A stretch of DNA of 64,000 nt from Octopus vulgaris (lineage: Eukaryota). This document shows positions 1-12,696 of the stretch, piece after piece (the stretch's first letter is position 1; the number at the start of each line of letters is the position of its first letter). The translations under genes were made by a program, and so were the position numbers. The notes under the pieces were generated by a model. The model did not search any database. It saw nothing but the letters and a program-made list of their open reading frames with translations, and was not told the origin of the DNA. The DNA is taken from NCBI GenBank assembly GCA_951406725.2, contig OX597816.1:111352001-111416000 (forward strand), written 5' to 3'.

Positions 1-44
1 TTCCCCATTGAACAAAAAGTGTGCCGCCGAGGCTCTTACGGATG
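1..44 (+). mobile_element. R4/Dong non-LTR retrotransposon RT segment upstream of the LTR insertion (continues beyond window start)
   Basis: Frame 1 reads FPIEQKVCRRGSYG. It joins CKDQLLINRMILENC at 2628+ once the 45-2625 insert and one GATG copy are removed. Homologous to FPEEQKGCRKGSYGCKDQLMINK in the 36803 ORF. Confidence 0.9.
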
Positions 45-634
45 TGAAACGAACTTGTGCGAGTGTTTATCTATCTTGTACTTTCGGGGTACAAGAAAGC
101 AATCACTCACTAGCCGTTGCTTTAATAATCCAGAATCTCTGCCAGTCAGAAACAACAGGACGCAGACGTGAAATATATATAACTACTTTATTCTCTTTCT
201 TGGTAACAATAACAATAAGTGTGTTATCCGATGTCCTTGATTCTGGGCGCGCAAGGCTGAAAGTTAATAGATTGTAATATTTACAATGTCCAGCCGCTAA
301 ACCAGAACGGATTCAAGATGGCGTCGAACAATGGAGACGATGTTGGTCTGCAACAATTTTGGTTAAAAGTCTTCGGCCAAAGGACTGCTAGAATCAGTTC
401 GAACGGAGAGAAAAAATGCCTGACCGCCGCCTTCAATCGCTGGGTCCCAAGTCCCCGATGACTGCTGCTAGTGGTCAAACGTTCTACGATCCCCCTGCCT
501 TGGCCAGGGTCGTGCTTCCGGTGGTTCGCGCATGCGCGAGAGGGGCCTTCCTTTCTGTGCCTTGGTAAAGGCACCAACACGCGCGAAATACAAATGGACG
601 GTGCGCGAGCGCGCACCGTTATAGGATCACTACA
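45..634 (-). repeat. 3' LTR (590 bp)
   Basis: Starts TGTAGTGATCC on the minus strand right after the PPT and ends ...TTTCA next to the TSD. Has AATAAA on minus (187-192) and a 10-bp hairpin ACGGTGCGCG-ag-CGCGCACCGT (598-619). Confidence 0.88.
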
Positions 635-646
635 GGCTCCCCTCCA
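635..646 (-). promoter_or_regulatory. Polypurine tract (PPT)
   Basis: Minus strand TGGAGGGGAGCC immediately 5' of the 3' LTR. Confidence 0.85.
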
Positions 647-2164
647 GTGCGTACGCACGAAAGGAAACTTATTATAGTGACTGCAAAACTCAAGGTGGAC
701 ACCAGATAACCAAATAGCACACAATAATATAATGGCAAAATTTATAACATACACAAAAAATTTACTAAAGGAAAAAGAGAAAAAATACTCAATGAGCAAA
801 AATCAAGAGTGCATGCATGAAAGTTTATACGTCACAAAGTATAGAGCCTTACGCTGAAGGGAGCGGAAGGAAAGGCAGAACTCACAGTTATTGAACCTAG
901 GCGAAATTAAAATCCAACTTCTCTAAAGGTAGTTGATCCTGCGAAATAGCAGTTAAATCAATTGCTGCAGGAGAGGAAATGGAATTGGCAGAAGCTCGCT
1001 AGTAACACAAAAGGCAAAAGTGCAAACATGCTGGTGTGATGCGCGACACAGATAATTTTCTGTTAATTACGTGACCAAACAGTGGTCTAACAGGGAAAAA
1101 TAATTACGCCTATAAATCGGCGCAGCGCATTTGAACATCCGACGTCTATGAGTCGGGAAAAGAATTAGGCTAACGCAAACGTGTTGCAAAAAACAAGGCA
1201 ATACACGTGCGAAGCAAAAGGCGCATGAAATGCAATAGTGCTTGCCAGACCGAAAAAACAGCAAGGAATATGCCAGTGGTTGACCGATTATATGCCTCGT
1301 TCGCACAGGAACAAAAGTATGACATGCTGGCGCGTCATAATGGACAAACAACCCTCTCTATGTATACGTGACCGCTAGGGTCTATAGAAATGAGGGGTGT
1401 CCACAAAAGGCAAATTTAGCATGGAACAAACAAGCGAGAAAAGCATGTGTGACGTATGTATGTGAGAGATAGCATTTATGTGTGTGTACGTGTGTGCGAC
1501 AAAATACATACAAGGTGAATGCGAGCAAAATGTAAAAACATACAGCGCATAGAAGAAATGTCTCTCGGGCTATTCCAGACAATGGAATTAGTTTACCAGT
1601 CTATAATAGCCTGAAGCACAATAGCAGTTCGTTCTGTAACAGAAATGTTGAAATCACAAAATGCAGATGCCGGTTGAACACATATCGTGTAGCGGTTGTG
1701 GCTTCAATGCTGTGACATGTTAACTGGAACAGAAGAATCTCGTGGATAGTGCTGGGCTGTGAATTCTTGGTGTGCTAATGCACAAACGGCAAGTGGACCA
1801 AACTTCCGCGAGTTGCTATGTACATCTTGGTGGAGGTCGACGGTGTTGAAAGGCGACGTTGGTGGTGGAAGGCGACTGTAGTGGACTTGGGACAACATCG
1901 TTCTTAGTGATGATGGCGACGAAGATAGCGACGACGTGAAGTAGAAAGACGACGATGATGATGACGAAGGTGGAGAAAAGGCATCGAATATATGATGGCG
2001 TCCGTCATCATGGCTGTAGAAGAAGAAAGAAGCTCCTTCTACAACTGTTTGTAGTGGCCGGAAACAAATCGTCGAAAGATGAATGCGTAGAGTTAAATCG
2101 TGTTCCGACTTCGCAGAAAAACTGGATTTTTTTGTTGATAAGTGATCTCTGGTTTTAGACCAGA

Positions 2165-2183
2165 ATCACGTCGGGAGTCACCA
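2165..2183 (-). promoter_or_regulatory. Primer-binding site complementary to tRNA-Trp 3' end
   Basis: Minus strand TGGTGACTCCCGACGTGAT, 1 nt after the 5' LTR. Eukaryotic tRNA-Trp ends ATCACGTCGGGGTCACCA (one extra base here). Confidence 0.9.
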
Positions 2184-2184
2184 G

Positions 2185-2625
2185 TGTAAACGAACTTCGA
2201 GAGCGAGTGTGTGAATATCTGATCTCCTTGATTCTGGGCGCGCAAGGCTGAAAGTTAATAGATTGTAATATTTACAATGTCCAGCCGCTAAACCAGAACG
2301 GATTCAAGATGGCGTCGAACAATGGAGACGATGTTGGTCTGCAACAATTTTGGTTAAAAGTCTTCGGCCAAAGGACTGCTAGAATCAGTTCGAACGGAGA
2401 GAAAATATGCCTGACCGCCGCCTTCAATCGCTGGGTTCCAAGTCCCCGATGACTGCTGCTAGTGGTCAAACGTTCTACGATCCCCCTGCCTTGGCCAGGG
2501 TCGTGCTTCCGGTGGTTCGCACATGCGCGAGAGGGGCCTTCCTTTCTGTGCCTTGGTAAAGGCACCAACACGCGCGAAATACAAATGGACGGTGCGCGAG
2601 CGCGCACCGTTATAGGATCACTACA
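2185..2625 (-). repeat. 5' LTR (441 bp)
   Basis: TGTAGTGATCC...TTTACA on the minus strand. Matches the left LTR over 401 bp. Confidence 0.88.
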
Positions 2626-4739
2626 GATGCAAAGATCAACTGCTAATCAATCGTATGATCCTTGAGAACTGTCACAACAAGCGCAGAAATCTCAGCACCG
2701 CATGGATTGACTACAAAAAGGCCTTCGACAGTATACCGCATCCATGGATCTTGAGATCGCTGGACATCTTCAAAATTTCCCCTGTGATTTCAAACTTCCT
2801 GAAGCACAATATGTCGTTGTGGAATACGAATCTCCAATTATACCACTCTAATGGAGTACTTGCCTCAGAAAATATAAACATCAACTGTGGAATTTTCAAG
2901 GTGACTCACTTTCACCTTTAATATTCTGCATAGCCCTAATACCCCTTACAAGTGAATTAAACAGAACAGGGTATGGGTATAAAATTGCCAATAAAAAAAT
3001 AAGCCATCTATTTTATATGGATGACTTAAAACTTTATGGTAAAGACAATAATGAACTTGAAGGCCTATTGCACACCGTGAAAGCATTCAGCGATGACATC
3101 GGGATGGAGTTTGGACTTGAGAAGTGTGCCAAGGCCACTTTCCAGAAAGGGAAAGTGAAGACCACAAATTCGGTCGTGTTAGATGTTGACACAATCATAA
3201 GAGAGCTTGAGCAAGAACAAACATACAAATATTTAGGGATAAATGAAGGCTCTGGTATTCAGCATGCAAGCATGAAAGAGAAAATCAGGAAGGAATGTTA
3301 TAGGAGAGTTCGTGCAGTCCTGAAATCTGAACTAAATGCACGTAACAAGGTGTTAGCTATAAATTCCTTAGCAGTTCCAGTTGTTACTTATAGCTACAAT
3401 GTGTTGAACTGGAATATGAGTGAAGTGAAGAATATAGATAGAAAAATACGCAAGCTGCTGAGTTGTAATAGGATGCACCACCCAAAGGCAGACGTAGATC
3501 GCCTTTACGTTCCCAGAGCCCAAGGAGGTCGAGGCCTGATCCAATTTGAACTAGCTTACAAAACAACCACAATTGGACTGGCCAAATATCTCGAAATATC
3601 GAATGACTGGATGCTAAAGCTCGTGGAAAATCACGAGAGACGAAAGAAGCTTCATTCTATCATAAAGGAAAGCAAAAATTTGCTATTGATCTCGTGCAAG
3701 ATACCCAAACTGAACAACCCGAGGGAAGTACGGCAACTATTGTTGCAAAGAAGGTGAAAATGATGGCAATGAAGAAAGCGCACGAGCAATTGGCTGATAG
3801 GTGGGAGGAGAAATCTCTGCACGGCAAATATGTGACCCGCAGCAAACAAGCTGATGTTGACCAGAAGCAAACCCATCAGTGGCTACGGAGCTCAGGGCTA
3901 AAAGCAGAGAGCGAAGGTTTCATCCTGGCTGCTCAAGATCAAAGCCTATTAACCCGGAACTACCAGGCCAATGTGATGAAAAATGGAGCAGACCCAAAAT
4001 GCCGATTCTGCAACGACATGATTGAAACAGTGGACCACCTAATCTCTGGATGTAAAGTCTTAGCACCAGTGGAGTATAAATTAAGACATGACAGAGTTGG
4101 CCAATATCTCCACTGGCTAATAAGTCGGCATTACAATATCAAAACTGCCGACAAGTGGTATAATCACCACCCTGAGGCTGTAACTGAAGGAGAAAATGTA
4201 ACCATTCTGTGGGACTTTCCAGTACATACAGACCGAACCATCAAGGCCAATAAACCAGATATTGTTGTGAAAGACCAAAACAATAAAGTTTGCTTATTGA
4301 TCGACATGAGCATCCCCTGTGATCATAATATCTCAGCGAAAGAGTTTGACAAGCTCAGAAAATATAAAGACCTACTCATTGAAATTGAGAAAATGTGGCA
4401 TCTCAAGGCGGTTACAATACCAGTGATCGTAGGAGCACTAGGAATGATCAAGAAGGGAACCGAAAATTATATGAGAATGATCCCTGGCTTACCATCCCTG
4501 CAAGAAGTGCAAAAGATTGTCTTAACTGGTACATCACACGTATTGAGAAGAGCATTGTCGATGTGAGAACTGTTACTGCTCATGTATTTTAATTTAACTT
4601 AAAAAAAAAAAAAAAAAAATGAACGAACTACTGAGTTTGGTTTAATGGCCTACCAATGTATGCTATGAGTTTATTTGCCCTAGGAGTCGGGAAGACACTC
4701 GGCAAGAAATGGAAGCAAATTTGAAAGAAGAAAAAAAAA

Positions 4740-4792
<53 letters not shown>
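2626..4792 (+). mobile_element. R4/Dong-clade LINE, 3' part (RT, CCHC, RLE endonuclease, 3' UTR, (TAA)n tail)
   Basis: ORFs 2655-2921, 3017-3757 and 3694-4566 carry WIDYKKAFDSIPH, YMDDLKL, YKYLG, CRFC-x8-H-x4-C, RHD and KPDIVV...LIDMSIP. Stop at 4566, (TAA)n at 4741-4792. Two -1 frameshifts (~2895, ~3678). Confidence 0.95.
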
Positions 4793-4793
<1 letters not shown>

Positions 4794-4997
4794 GTTTCAA
4801 ATTTGCCACAAGGGCAGCCATTTTTCGGGAGGGGATATGGTGATTACATCGACCCCAGTGTTCAACTCGTACTTAATTTATTGACCCCGGAAGGATGAAA
4901 GATAAAGTCGACCTCAACAGAATTTGAACTCAGAACATAAAGATGGATGAAATGCCACTAAGCATTTTGCCCAGCATGCTAACAATTCTGCCAGCTA
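4793..4997 (-). mobile_element. tRNA-derived SINE (MetaSINE-like)
   Basis: Reverse-complement homologue of 63781-64000, with B-box GTTCAAATTC and central CTTTCATCCTTCCGGGGTCAATAAA. Its tail runs into (ATT)n. Confidence 0.8.
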
Positions 4998-5013
4998 GTA
5001 ATCTTAATAGTAA

Positions 5014-5056
5014 TAATAATGATAATAATAATAATAATAATAATGTGAAGAACAAC

Positions 5057-5099
<43 letters not shown>

Positions 5100-5146
5100 A
5101 GAAGAAGAAGAAGAAGAAGAAGAAGAAGAAGAAGAAGAAGAAGAAG
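5014..5146. repeat. Compound microsatellite (TAA)n-(CAG)n-(GAA)n
   Basis: Directly visible. Explains the poly-N/Q/K ORFs. Confidence 0.95.
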
Positions 5147-6887
5147 ATTTCCTTCCTTCTTCATTCCTTCCTATTTTTTGTCCCATAATTCATTTTTGTC
5201 TCTTCTTATATTTAAATGTATTCTTCTCTGCTCTGTCAAGATATAATAACTGACAAAGTTAAATCAACACTAAAGGTTATTCTGTTAAAATTTATTTTTC
5301 CTTGTTCTCTGTCTACGCGAAAATTCCTTTAGTACTTTCGATTCTATTTTTCATCCTGAAACTCGTTTTTGTTGCCCTCTTCCTTCTATTTGAACTTATT
5401 TTTCTTTGCTCCATTTCACGAAGTCTGAGGAAGAAAATAACATCTAAGAGCAGCTAAGTTACATTAATATCTGCTTAAGTTTATTTTCTCTAGTCCCACA
5501 TAGGAGTAATGCTAAGCATTTAGCTTATCTCCACCTTACAGAATGCATTAATAACATTAATGTTTCTCTTAAAAAACATTTCTTCAGTTCTTTGTATAAA
5601 TAATTATGTGTGCAATATTTATTGAACTTTTGTTGAGGAATTAATTTTTATCATCAAAGGTTTCAACAGAAAATTACTTTATATAAACCTCTAAACTATG
5701 TAAATTGATTTTCTTTTGACAATGCCAAATATTGTCATGTATATATACCATGATATAGCTGGTAATTTATCAAAAACTAATGAAAGGATAGACAACTTAA
5801 TTAAACTAACACTTTAAATCATTTACTCCAACATTCTACTGTTTCTGCTCGGAGCCCATCATTATGAAATATGTAACTGTAAGATCTTATGTATATACAG
5901 TGACTTAAATAATCTCTATACTCTGTTGAGCAATTACATCATCTCTATACACTCTGTATCAAATTAATGATATTTGAGATCTTAAAGATCAAATATATTA
6001 TACATGAGCTTACATTATTTTAAGCATCCCTTTAGTTCAATATTGGTCTTATATGACCTCCATGCATTGTAGATCAATGTGGGGTGTAACTTTATTCTTC
6101 CTTAAATCCTTATAATCATTTTAAACATACGACAGATATTGCCTTTCTGCAATCTTGATAATTCGGGGAATTTGAAGCAGAATTTCATGATTTGAACATG
6201 AAATGATAATGTATTTCAGCCCTTAATGGGTCCAAAATGTGTAAATACTATATTTGTCATTCTAAACGGTGATGTAAGAAATTAAATCCAGTATGACTGC
6301 AACACTGCCACAATTTCAACATGAAGCCATTGGAAATCCCAGATTTAAAGAATGCATAACTTGAAATGGCTCACATTGGAGTCAACTCTATATTTGAAAG
6401 TCTTCTCTAACAAGTATACTATTGCTCTTGTCACTAACACACATCATCTTATTCTTTTATTTGTTTCAGTCATTGAACTGTGGTCATGCTAGGGCGTCAC
6501 CTTGAAGGGTTTACTCAACAAGATTGACCTCGATAATTATTTGAAGTTTAGAGCTATTTCTAACAGTTTCTTGTTACCAAATTGTTATGTTATGAAGACA
6601 CAACAGAACCAACACTGATTGTCAAGTGGTAAAACAAACACAAGACCACATATAAACATGTTCACTTACACTATATGTGTGTGAGTGCGTGTGTTTATAT
6701 ATATATATAGACACACACATTCATATATTCATTCTCTCTCTGTTTTTTTACCTCTTAATCATTTCTGCCAAAGAGAATAGGTTTGCAACATAACAGGCTT
6801 ATACATTCTCCCCAAGCGTTAAACTAATACACCTATTTGTTGTTCCTACGCCTGTTTTCATCTTCGTTTTCTGTAAATTTGAACTAT

Positions 6888-6930
<43 letters not shown>

Positions 6931-7040
6931 AACATTATGTTATATAATTAGGGTTCAGTAAAAATATTTACTTTACCACACACCGAACTTTTAGAAAAGT
7001 AAATATTTTTACTGAACCCTAATTATATAACATAATGTTT
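6931..7040. repeat. Near-perfect ~45-bp inverted repeat (fold-back) next to (TA)n
   Basis: aacattatgttatataattagggttcagtaaaaatatttacttt versus aaagtaaatatttttactgaaccctaattatataacataatgtt, with a ~22-nt spacer. Confidence 0.9.
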
Positions 7041-7266
7041 TAAATATACCGTAAATGGTCTTTTTACATACTGAACACTACTTGGTAAAATTAATTAATA
7101 ATTAATTAATTTTACCCTTTTATTATTGACTATATATATATATACACACTTGTGTATTTAGGTATGTAATATATATATATATATATATACAAGTATGTAT
7201 TTGGGTATGTAAATATATATGTGTGTGTGTGTATTGTGTTATATATTATATATTATATACATGCGT

Positions 7267-7650
7267 GGAGGCGCAATGGCCCAGTGGTTAGGGCAGCGGA
7301 CTCGTGGTCATAGGATCGTGGTTTCGATTCCCAGACCGGGCGTTGTGAGTGTTTATTGAGCGAAAACATCTAAAGCTCCACGAGGCACCGGCAGGGGATG
7401 GTGGTGATCCCTGCTGTACTCTTTCACCACAACTTTCTCTCACTCTTACTTCCTGTTTCTGTTGTATCTGTATTTCAAAGGGCCGGCCTTGTCATTCTCT
7501 GTGTCACGCTGAATTTCCCCGAGAACTACATTAAGGGTACACGTGTCTGTGGAGTGCTCAGCCACTTACACGTTAATTTCACGAGCAGGCTGTTCCGTTG
7601 ATTCGGATCAACCGGAACCCTCGTCGTCGTAACCAACGGTGTGCTTCCAA
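7267..7650 (+). mobile_element. tRNA-derived SINE (second family)
   Basis: A-box TGGCCCAGTGG (7277), B-box GGTTTCGATTCC (7320), CORE-like gtgtttattgagcgaaaacatctaaagctccac, LINE-like 3' end. Confidence 0.85.
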
Positions 7651-7833
7651 TATACATGCACTTACACAACAGTCTCCCACACAACTACCATCTACTACAG
7701 TCCTTCAGAAAGCATTGTTAAGCATTGGCTATTGTAAAAGACACACATGGGGTGTCACACACTAGAACTAAAACTGAAACCAAATGGCTACAAATCAAAC
7801 TTCTTAACCATACAGTCATGTCTAAACCTCCAC

Positions 7834-8044
7834 AAAGGGTTGCTGAAAGTTTCTCGTTTTAAGGGTATTGTGAAAGGCCTGGCTGGAGGCCCAACCTTCT
7901 GAGTTCTTTTACAGGGCTTAGAAAAACTGAAGGACTGCTGCAATAAGTGTGTGAATCTGAGAGGGTAGAATGTATAAAATTATAATTAACTGATCTTCTT
8001 GTATTTTCTTGTACCCAAAGCCAGAAACTTTTCAGCATTCTCTC
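7834..8044 (+). mobile_element. Mariner-derived MITE / internal deletion derivative
   Basis: Imperfect TIRs aagggttgctgaaagtttctc / ccagaaacttttcagcattctc. Interior resembles the mariner C-terminus (G.EKL....KCV.L.G). Confidence 0.6.
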
Positions 8045-8599
8045 ATACTTTATTCAAAAGTTTATAGCTTACATGTTGGAAGATTGTCCAGTTCTTCATC
8101 TTGTTAAGAAGTGAATCTAAATATAAGTCAGCTTGTCAGAGTCTCGGCCTCTTCAAGTGATTTGTGCTTATACATGGTCATTCAACTCAACTGAATTTTC
8201 AGCTAAATCTTCTTTAAATCACTCTTTATCATATTAAAAATAAATGCCTTGGTCATTGGTCTGCACTGGAACTATGCAACAACAAGTACAACAACAATAA
8301 GAATAACGACAGTTTAGAATACAAAGCAATAAATATGAAATATGCATAACAATTACAGTTGGTCATCCACCATATCTCTCTCCTTTTCACCTAATACCAA
8401 TTGCATGTGTTTGATAATTAAACAATATAGTATAATTAACAGAATATATATTCCCAGCATCTCAAAATTTACACTGACACCCTATCTGGATCTCTCTATT
8501 TGATATATAAAAAAATGTATACCTCAAGACAAAGAAAACTTTATAAAGATTTCCTAAACCTGAAAGAAAAACTGTAGAGAGAGGGAACTTTAACAAACG

Positions 8600-8688
8600 T
8601 AGGTGCATGTGTGGCTGTGTGGTAAGAAGTTCACTTCCCAACCACATGTAAGTGGATTTGGTTGATGGAAACTGAAAGAAGCCCATTT

Positions 8689-8732
<44 letters not shown>

Positions 8733-9615
8733 TATATCAATATATTTACGAAATTGAGGTATTACACTCAATATACAAAATTATCAATATATTAAATAAT
8801 AATAAATATTAGGGAATAAATCCAATTTTACAGGGAAAAATCAGATTTAGGATTGAATCCAATTTTATAGTAAAATATTATATAATATTAATTAGAGACA
8901 AAACCACTATTTTGCAAATCAAACAAAGAAAGACTTAATCCAATACATAAAAAAATTTAATATAAATTAAATAAAATTAAATTCGCCACTACAATTGTTT
9001 CGTGTCTCTTCTAAGGACATTCATCAGGTGGATTTCAGATCTAAAAATAATCAATATTTTTAAGATATGAATTTAAAATGACTAAAACTATAAATAATAT
9101 AAATTTATCAATGAAAAAATATATATATATAATCTATATATAATCTATATATAATCAAGAACTAAAATAACCTCTATAAACAATTGAATATAAAGAAACC
9201 TAGTATTTAAGTTCTCATATTTAAAGATGAAGAATCTAATTTCAAAAACCAAAAATAAAATATAAATACACACATACTCATACACATATATCTAAGTATA
9301 TATAAACATATCTAAATACATACACTAACTCACACACCCATATATATATCTCTATACATACACATAAACATCTAGGCAACGATAAATTAATAAAGTAGCC
9401 GTATACTTCTACACATTACTTATTCATACTCCCACACACACACATACAACCCTCATTCATAAACACACTCACTCTGCATGACAACGACACATCCAGCTGT
9501 TTATGTGTGTGTGTGCTTGCGGTTGTCCCCCTACTGTCACTTGATAACCGATGCTGGTGTGCTTATGTCCCAAAACTTACTGGTTTGACAAAAGAGACTG
9601 ATAGATTAAGTACTA
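8600..9615 (+). mobile_element. SINE of the 31243 family with ~800 bp inserted into its internal (TA)n
   Basis: Head gtggctgtgtggtaagaag...ggaaactgaaagaagccc (8610-8685). Tail gtccccctactgtcacttgataaccgatgctggtgtg...aagtact (9500-9615). Confidence 0.7.
8986..9031 (-). ncRNA. Type I hammerhead ribozyme motif (minimal, Penelope-type)
   Basis: ccac-CTGATGA-a-tgtc(cttagaaga)gaca-c-GAAA-caattg-TA-gtgg. Stem I ccac/gtgg, palindromic stem/loop III, GUA triplet. Confidence 0.8.
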
Positions 9616-10000
9616 GCCAGTCTTATTTGGCATGGTTTCTATGGCTGGCTGCCTTTTCTAATGCTACAACTGCAATTTTGTTTGACTTGATGGGTCTTCT
9701 TCTCAAGTACGACATAATGCCAAAAGTCTCAGTCATTGCCTCCGTGAGGCACAACACTCGAAAGGAGCTCAGCCACTTTGCCTCTGTGAGGCCCAACACT
9801 TAAAGAGTGCTTTTTACATGCCACCAGCATGGGTGCCAGTTACGTGATATCAGCATCAGCCACGACTACAATTTCACTTGGCTTGACGGTCTTCAGTTAT
9901 TAATTATTGCTTCTGTGAAGTCCATAGTTCGAAGACCATGCTTCACCACCTTGTTCCATGTCTTCCTGAGTGTACCTCTAACACTGGTTCCCTCTACAGT
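9616..10000 (-). mobile_element. RTE-clade LINE 3' remnant
   Basis: Minus strand reads EGTSVRGTLRKTWNKVVKHGLR (cf. G.R.RGRP.KTW.EVV..DL), followed by the 3' UTR motif ggcagccagccatagaaaccatgcc shared with 12697 and 55790. Confidence 0.6.
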
Positions 10001-10298
10001 TATGTATATGCATTCATATATACCCACACATACATTTGGGATCTTCTATATAAAGATAGCTATTTCCTTCATTTTGCTGCTTTTCTTTCTCTGAAATGAG
10101 AAGATACATTGTAGAAGTGTTATTTTAATGAGTTGTGTTTATTTATCACCCGATGAGACACATCTGCACTGCTGGCTCCTAAACCAGTTTTTGAGTGTCC
10201 CACCCTTGAGGTATCAATGCTAAATGCATTGAAATAATTGTTGTGATTAATAAATTCTCATATATTCCATCTTCTCTCTTTCAGTTACCATATATCTA

Positions 10299-10361
<63 letters not shown>

Positions 10362-10792
10362 TTATCTATCTACCTATCTATCTATCTATCTATACATATA
10401 AATATGCACACACACCAAAATCTATATATTATTTTTATGTTGTAACTATGGCCATTTTCGATAACTATCTGTTTTTACTTGCAACAGTATCTTTGTCAAA
10501 TAAGAAATATATCGCTAATATATTAAAGGGAATTGGCATGATAATATTATGCTAGTTTGTACTTAAGGGCATATCAAATTAAAAACACTATTTCATTTTG
10601 TATTCTCCATTGCTCAAGGGTTATTGTATAATACTCTGCTGAGTATCATAACATCATTGTAGATTATTTGGTTACATAGGGAAACACGGTTGCAGTTAAA
10701 GTATAAATATAGCAGAGATGAACCATTAAAAGCAATATTAAATAAAACAGCATGAGAATTATTAATATTATGTTTTATAATACATGCATACA

Positions 10793-10838
<46 letters not shown>

Positions 10839-10840
10839 AA

Positions 10841-10877
<37 letters not shown>

Positions 10878-10912
10878 TTACATACATACACAAATACACA
10901 TGTACACAGACT

Positions 10913-10966
<54 letters not shown>

Positions 10967-12587
10967 TAGACAGACAGACAGATAGATAGATAGATAGATA
11001 GATACCCACTTCCCATCACATAAATATACACTTAATGACAAGAGCTAGGGCTGAGTGAGCAAATATGTGGATTGCTAACTAAAGCTTAAAAGTTCACATT
11101 AAGCCCCAGGTGATAAGATACTATCATGCTGTTGGGTGTTCAATAATTAGATTTTGTTTCCTTTTGAAACTGCAATCATTGAGTGGTGCAATGTTCAAAC
11201 TGTCACGTTGCAATCCAAATGATCTATTAATGTATAGACACGGTTATGTAGTAGAAAAAGTTTGTTTTCCATGTACACAGTTCCAGCAGTTCCAGGTTAA
11301 ATCATTCTGCACAGCTTCTTTGGTTAGAGAACTATAACATAATATTGGTTTGATCAATATCTTGTGAGTGAAATTTGAATGCAGAAATTGTGCAAAATCC
11401 TGTCATTCATTCATTGGAACATACATACATGCAGGCATGCATGCATGCGTACATGCATACATACATACACACACACATACATACATACATACATACATAC
11501 ACACATACATACATACATACATACATACATACATACATACATACATACATACATACATACATACATGGATGAATAGGTGGATGGATGAATGGATGAACTG
11601 ATAGATGGAGACACATGAATACCAGTACTTTAAGGATGAATTCCTTATGATGTTTGCCCTAGGACAAGTTACCAATTTCACCTTTTCATTCTCCCCATCA
11701 CAAACACTGTAAAGTAATGTTAGATCCCTTGAAATCTTATAATCAAAAATTCTTTTGTTCAACAAAATGAAAATGTGCATGGCAAAGTGTGTAATACTGA
11801 TCTCAAATATAAGTATAGTATAACTAATGTTATCATACAAGTGGAAAAAGAGGCCTGTGGATTGTGCCCGGTCATTTAGAAGACCCTTTTGCATTACATA
11901 AGACCACACAATCAGAGCTTGTCTGAAGTAACACTTGCAGCAACACCAAGCAATTTTTCTTTGTCATTATAAGTGATAGACATACTAGTTCCGATAAGTA
12001 TGGTTGATTTAAGGAGTCTGAGAATATATTTACAAATATGTCATATTAAAAAGGCTTTTTTGAACAAACTATATCTAAGTTATTAAAACCTATGGTATTT
12101 TAACAATCACAAACTCAAACCCATGAATACACCCATTTGTCTTCCCATATGTAGAAATGTTGTGCAATGAAAACAAAGCAAATGGATGCCATGTTAGTTT
12201 TCACAATGAGTATTTTGCATGTTTGAACTGTACTTTTAACATGTTAAATTATGTAAAGGTCGATGACCCCACAAACACATGTATGATCATTGAAATGTTC
12301 AGGGAGAATTAATATCAGACTGTGTGTCATGTTTAAAATATAGCCACAATTCAATCTACAACAAAATGAATGCTAAATCCCGGATATCATTGCAAAATGA
12401 ACTTGTAAACCATTTGTTCTTAGCAACAACATATAAAACATATACACAATACATATACATACATATATGCATACACAGACACACATGTATATACATATAC
12501 ATATATATATACATGCATATATATATATATATACACATATATATGCATACACACATACATATATATATATGTATATATGCTTATATG

Positions 12588-12633
<46 letters not shown>

Positions 12634-12696
12634 AGATCACCTCCACCAATTCTCTCTCCCACTCTCAAAGGATCTTTTTCTTGAAAGTTACTTGGT

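Larger units (their letters stand above)
45..2625 (-). mobile_element. Non-autonomous LTR retrotransposon (Ty3/Gypsy, CsRn1-like), 2581 bp
   Basis: TG...CA termini. Direct repeats 234-634 and 2225-2625 have about 3 mismatches. 4-bp TSD GATG at 41-44 and 2626-2629. PBS and PPT lie in minus orientation. The ~1.5 kb interior has no gag/pol ORF. Confidence 0.9.
6455..7822 (-). mobile_element. SINE of the 31243 family split by nested insertions (tail ~6455-6650, head ~7670-7822)
   Basis: Diverged reverse-complement matches to the tail (ctagcatgaccacagttcaatgactgaaacaa) and head (gactgtatggttaagaagtttg) of the 31243 SINE. Confidence 0.6.

Noticed and set aside
1600-1900. Possible gag remnant (RLPP, EVW, TRFF, TERT in mixed frames) inside the LTR element
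   Set aside because: Too fragmentary to support by eye.
281-2665. Duplicated ORFs 281-799/2272-2607 and 471-677/2462-2665
   Set aside because: They lie in the GC-rich LTRs. The duplication reflects the LTR pair, and there are no protein motifs.
7267-7340. tRNA gene candidates at SINE heads (7267, 31243, 63781)
   Set aside because: A/B boxes are present but there is no full cloverleaf or terminator, and each continues into a SINE body.
11110-11337. ORF with RCNP...YRHGY resembling a reflectin linker
   Set aside because: The RHGY part coincides with a decayed SINE head (ggttatgtagtagaaaaagtttg). This shows the chance-match risk of the reflectin hypothesis.
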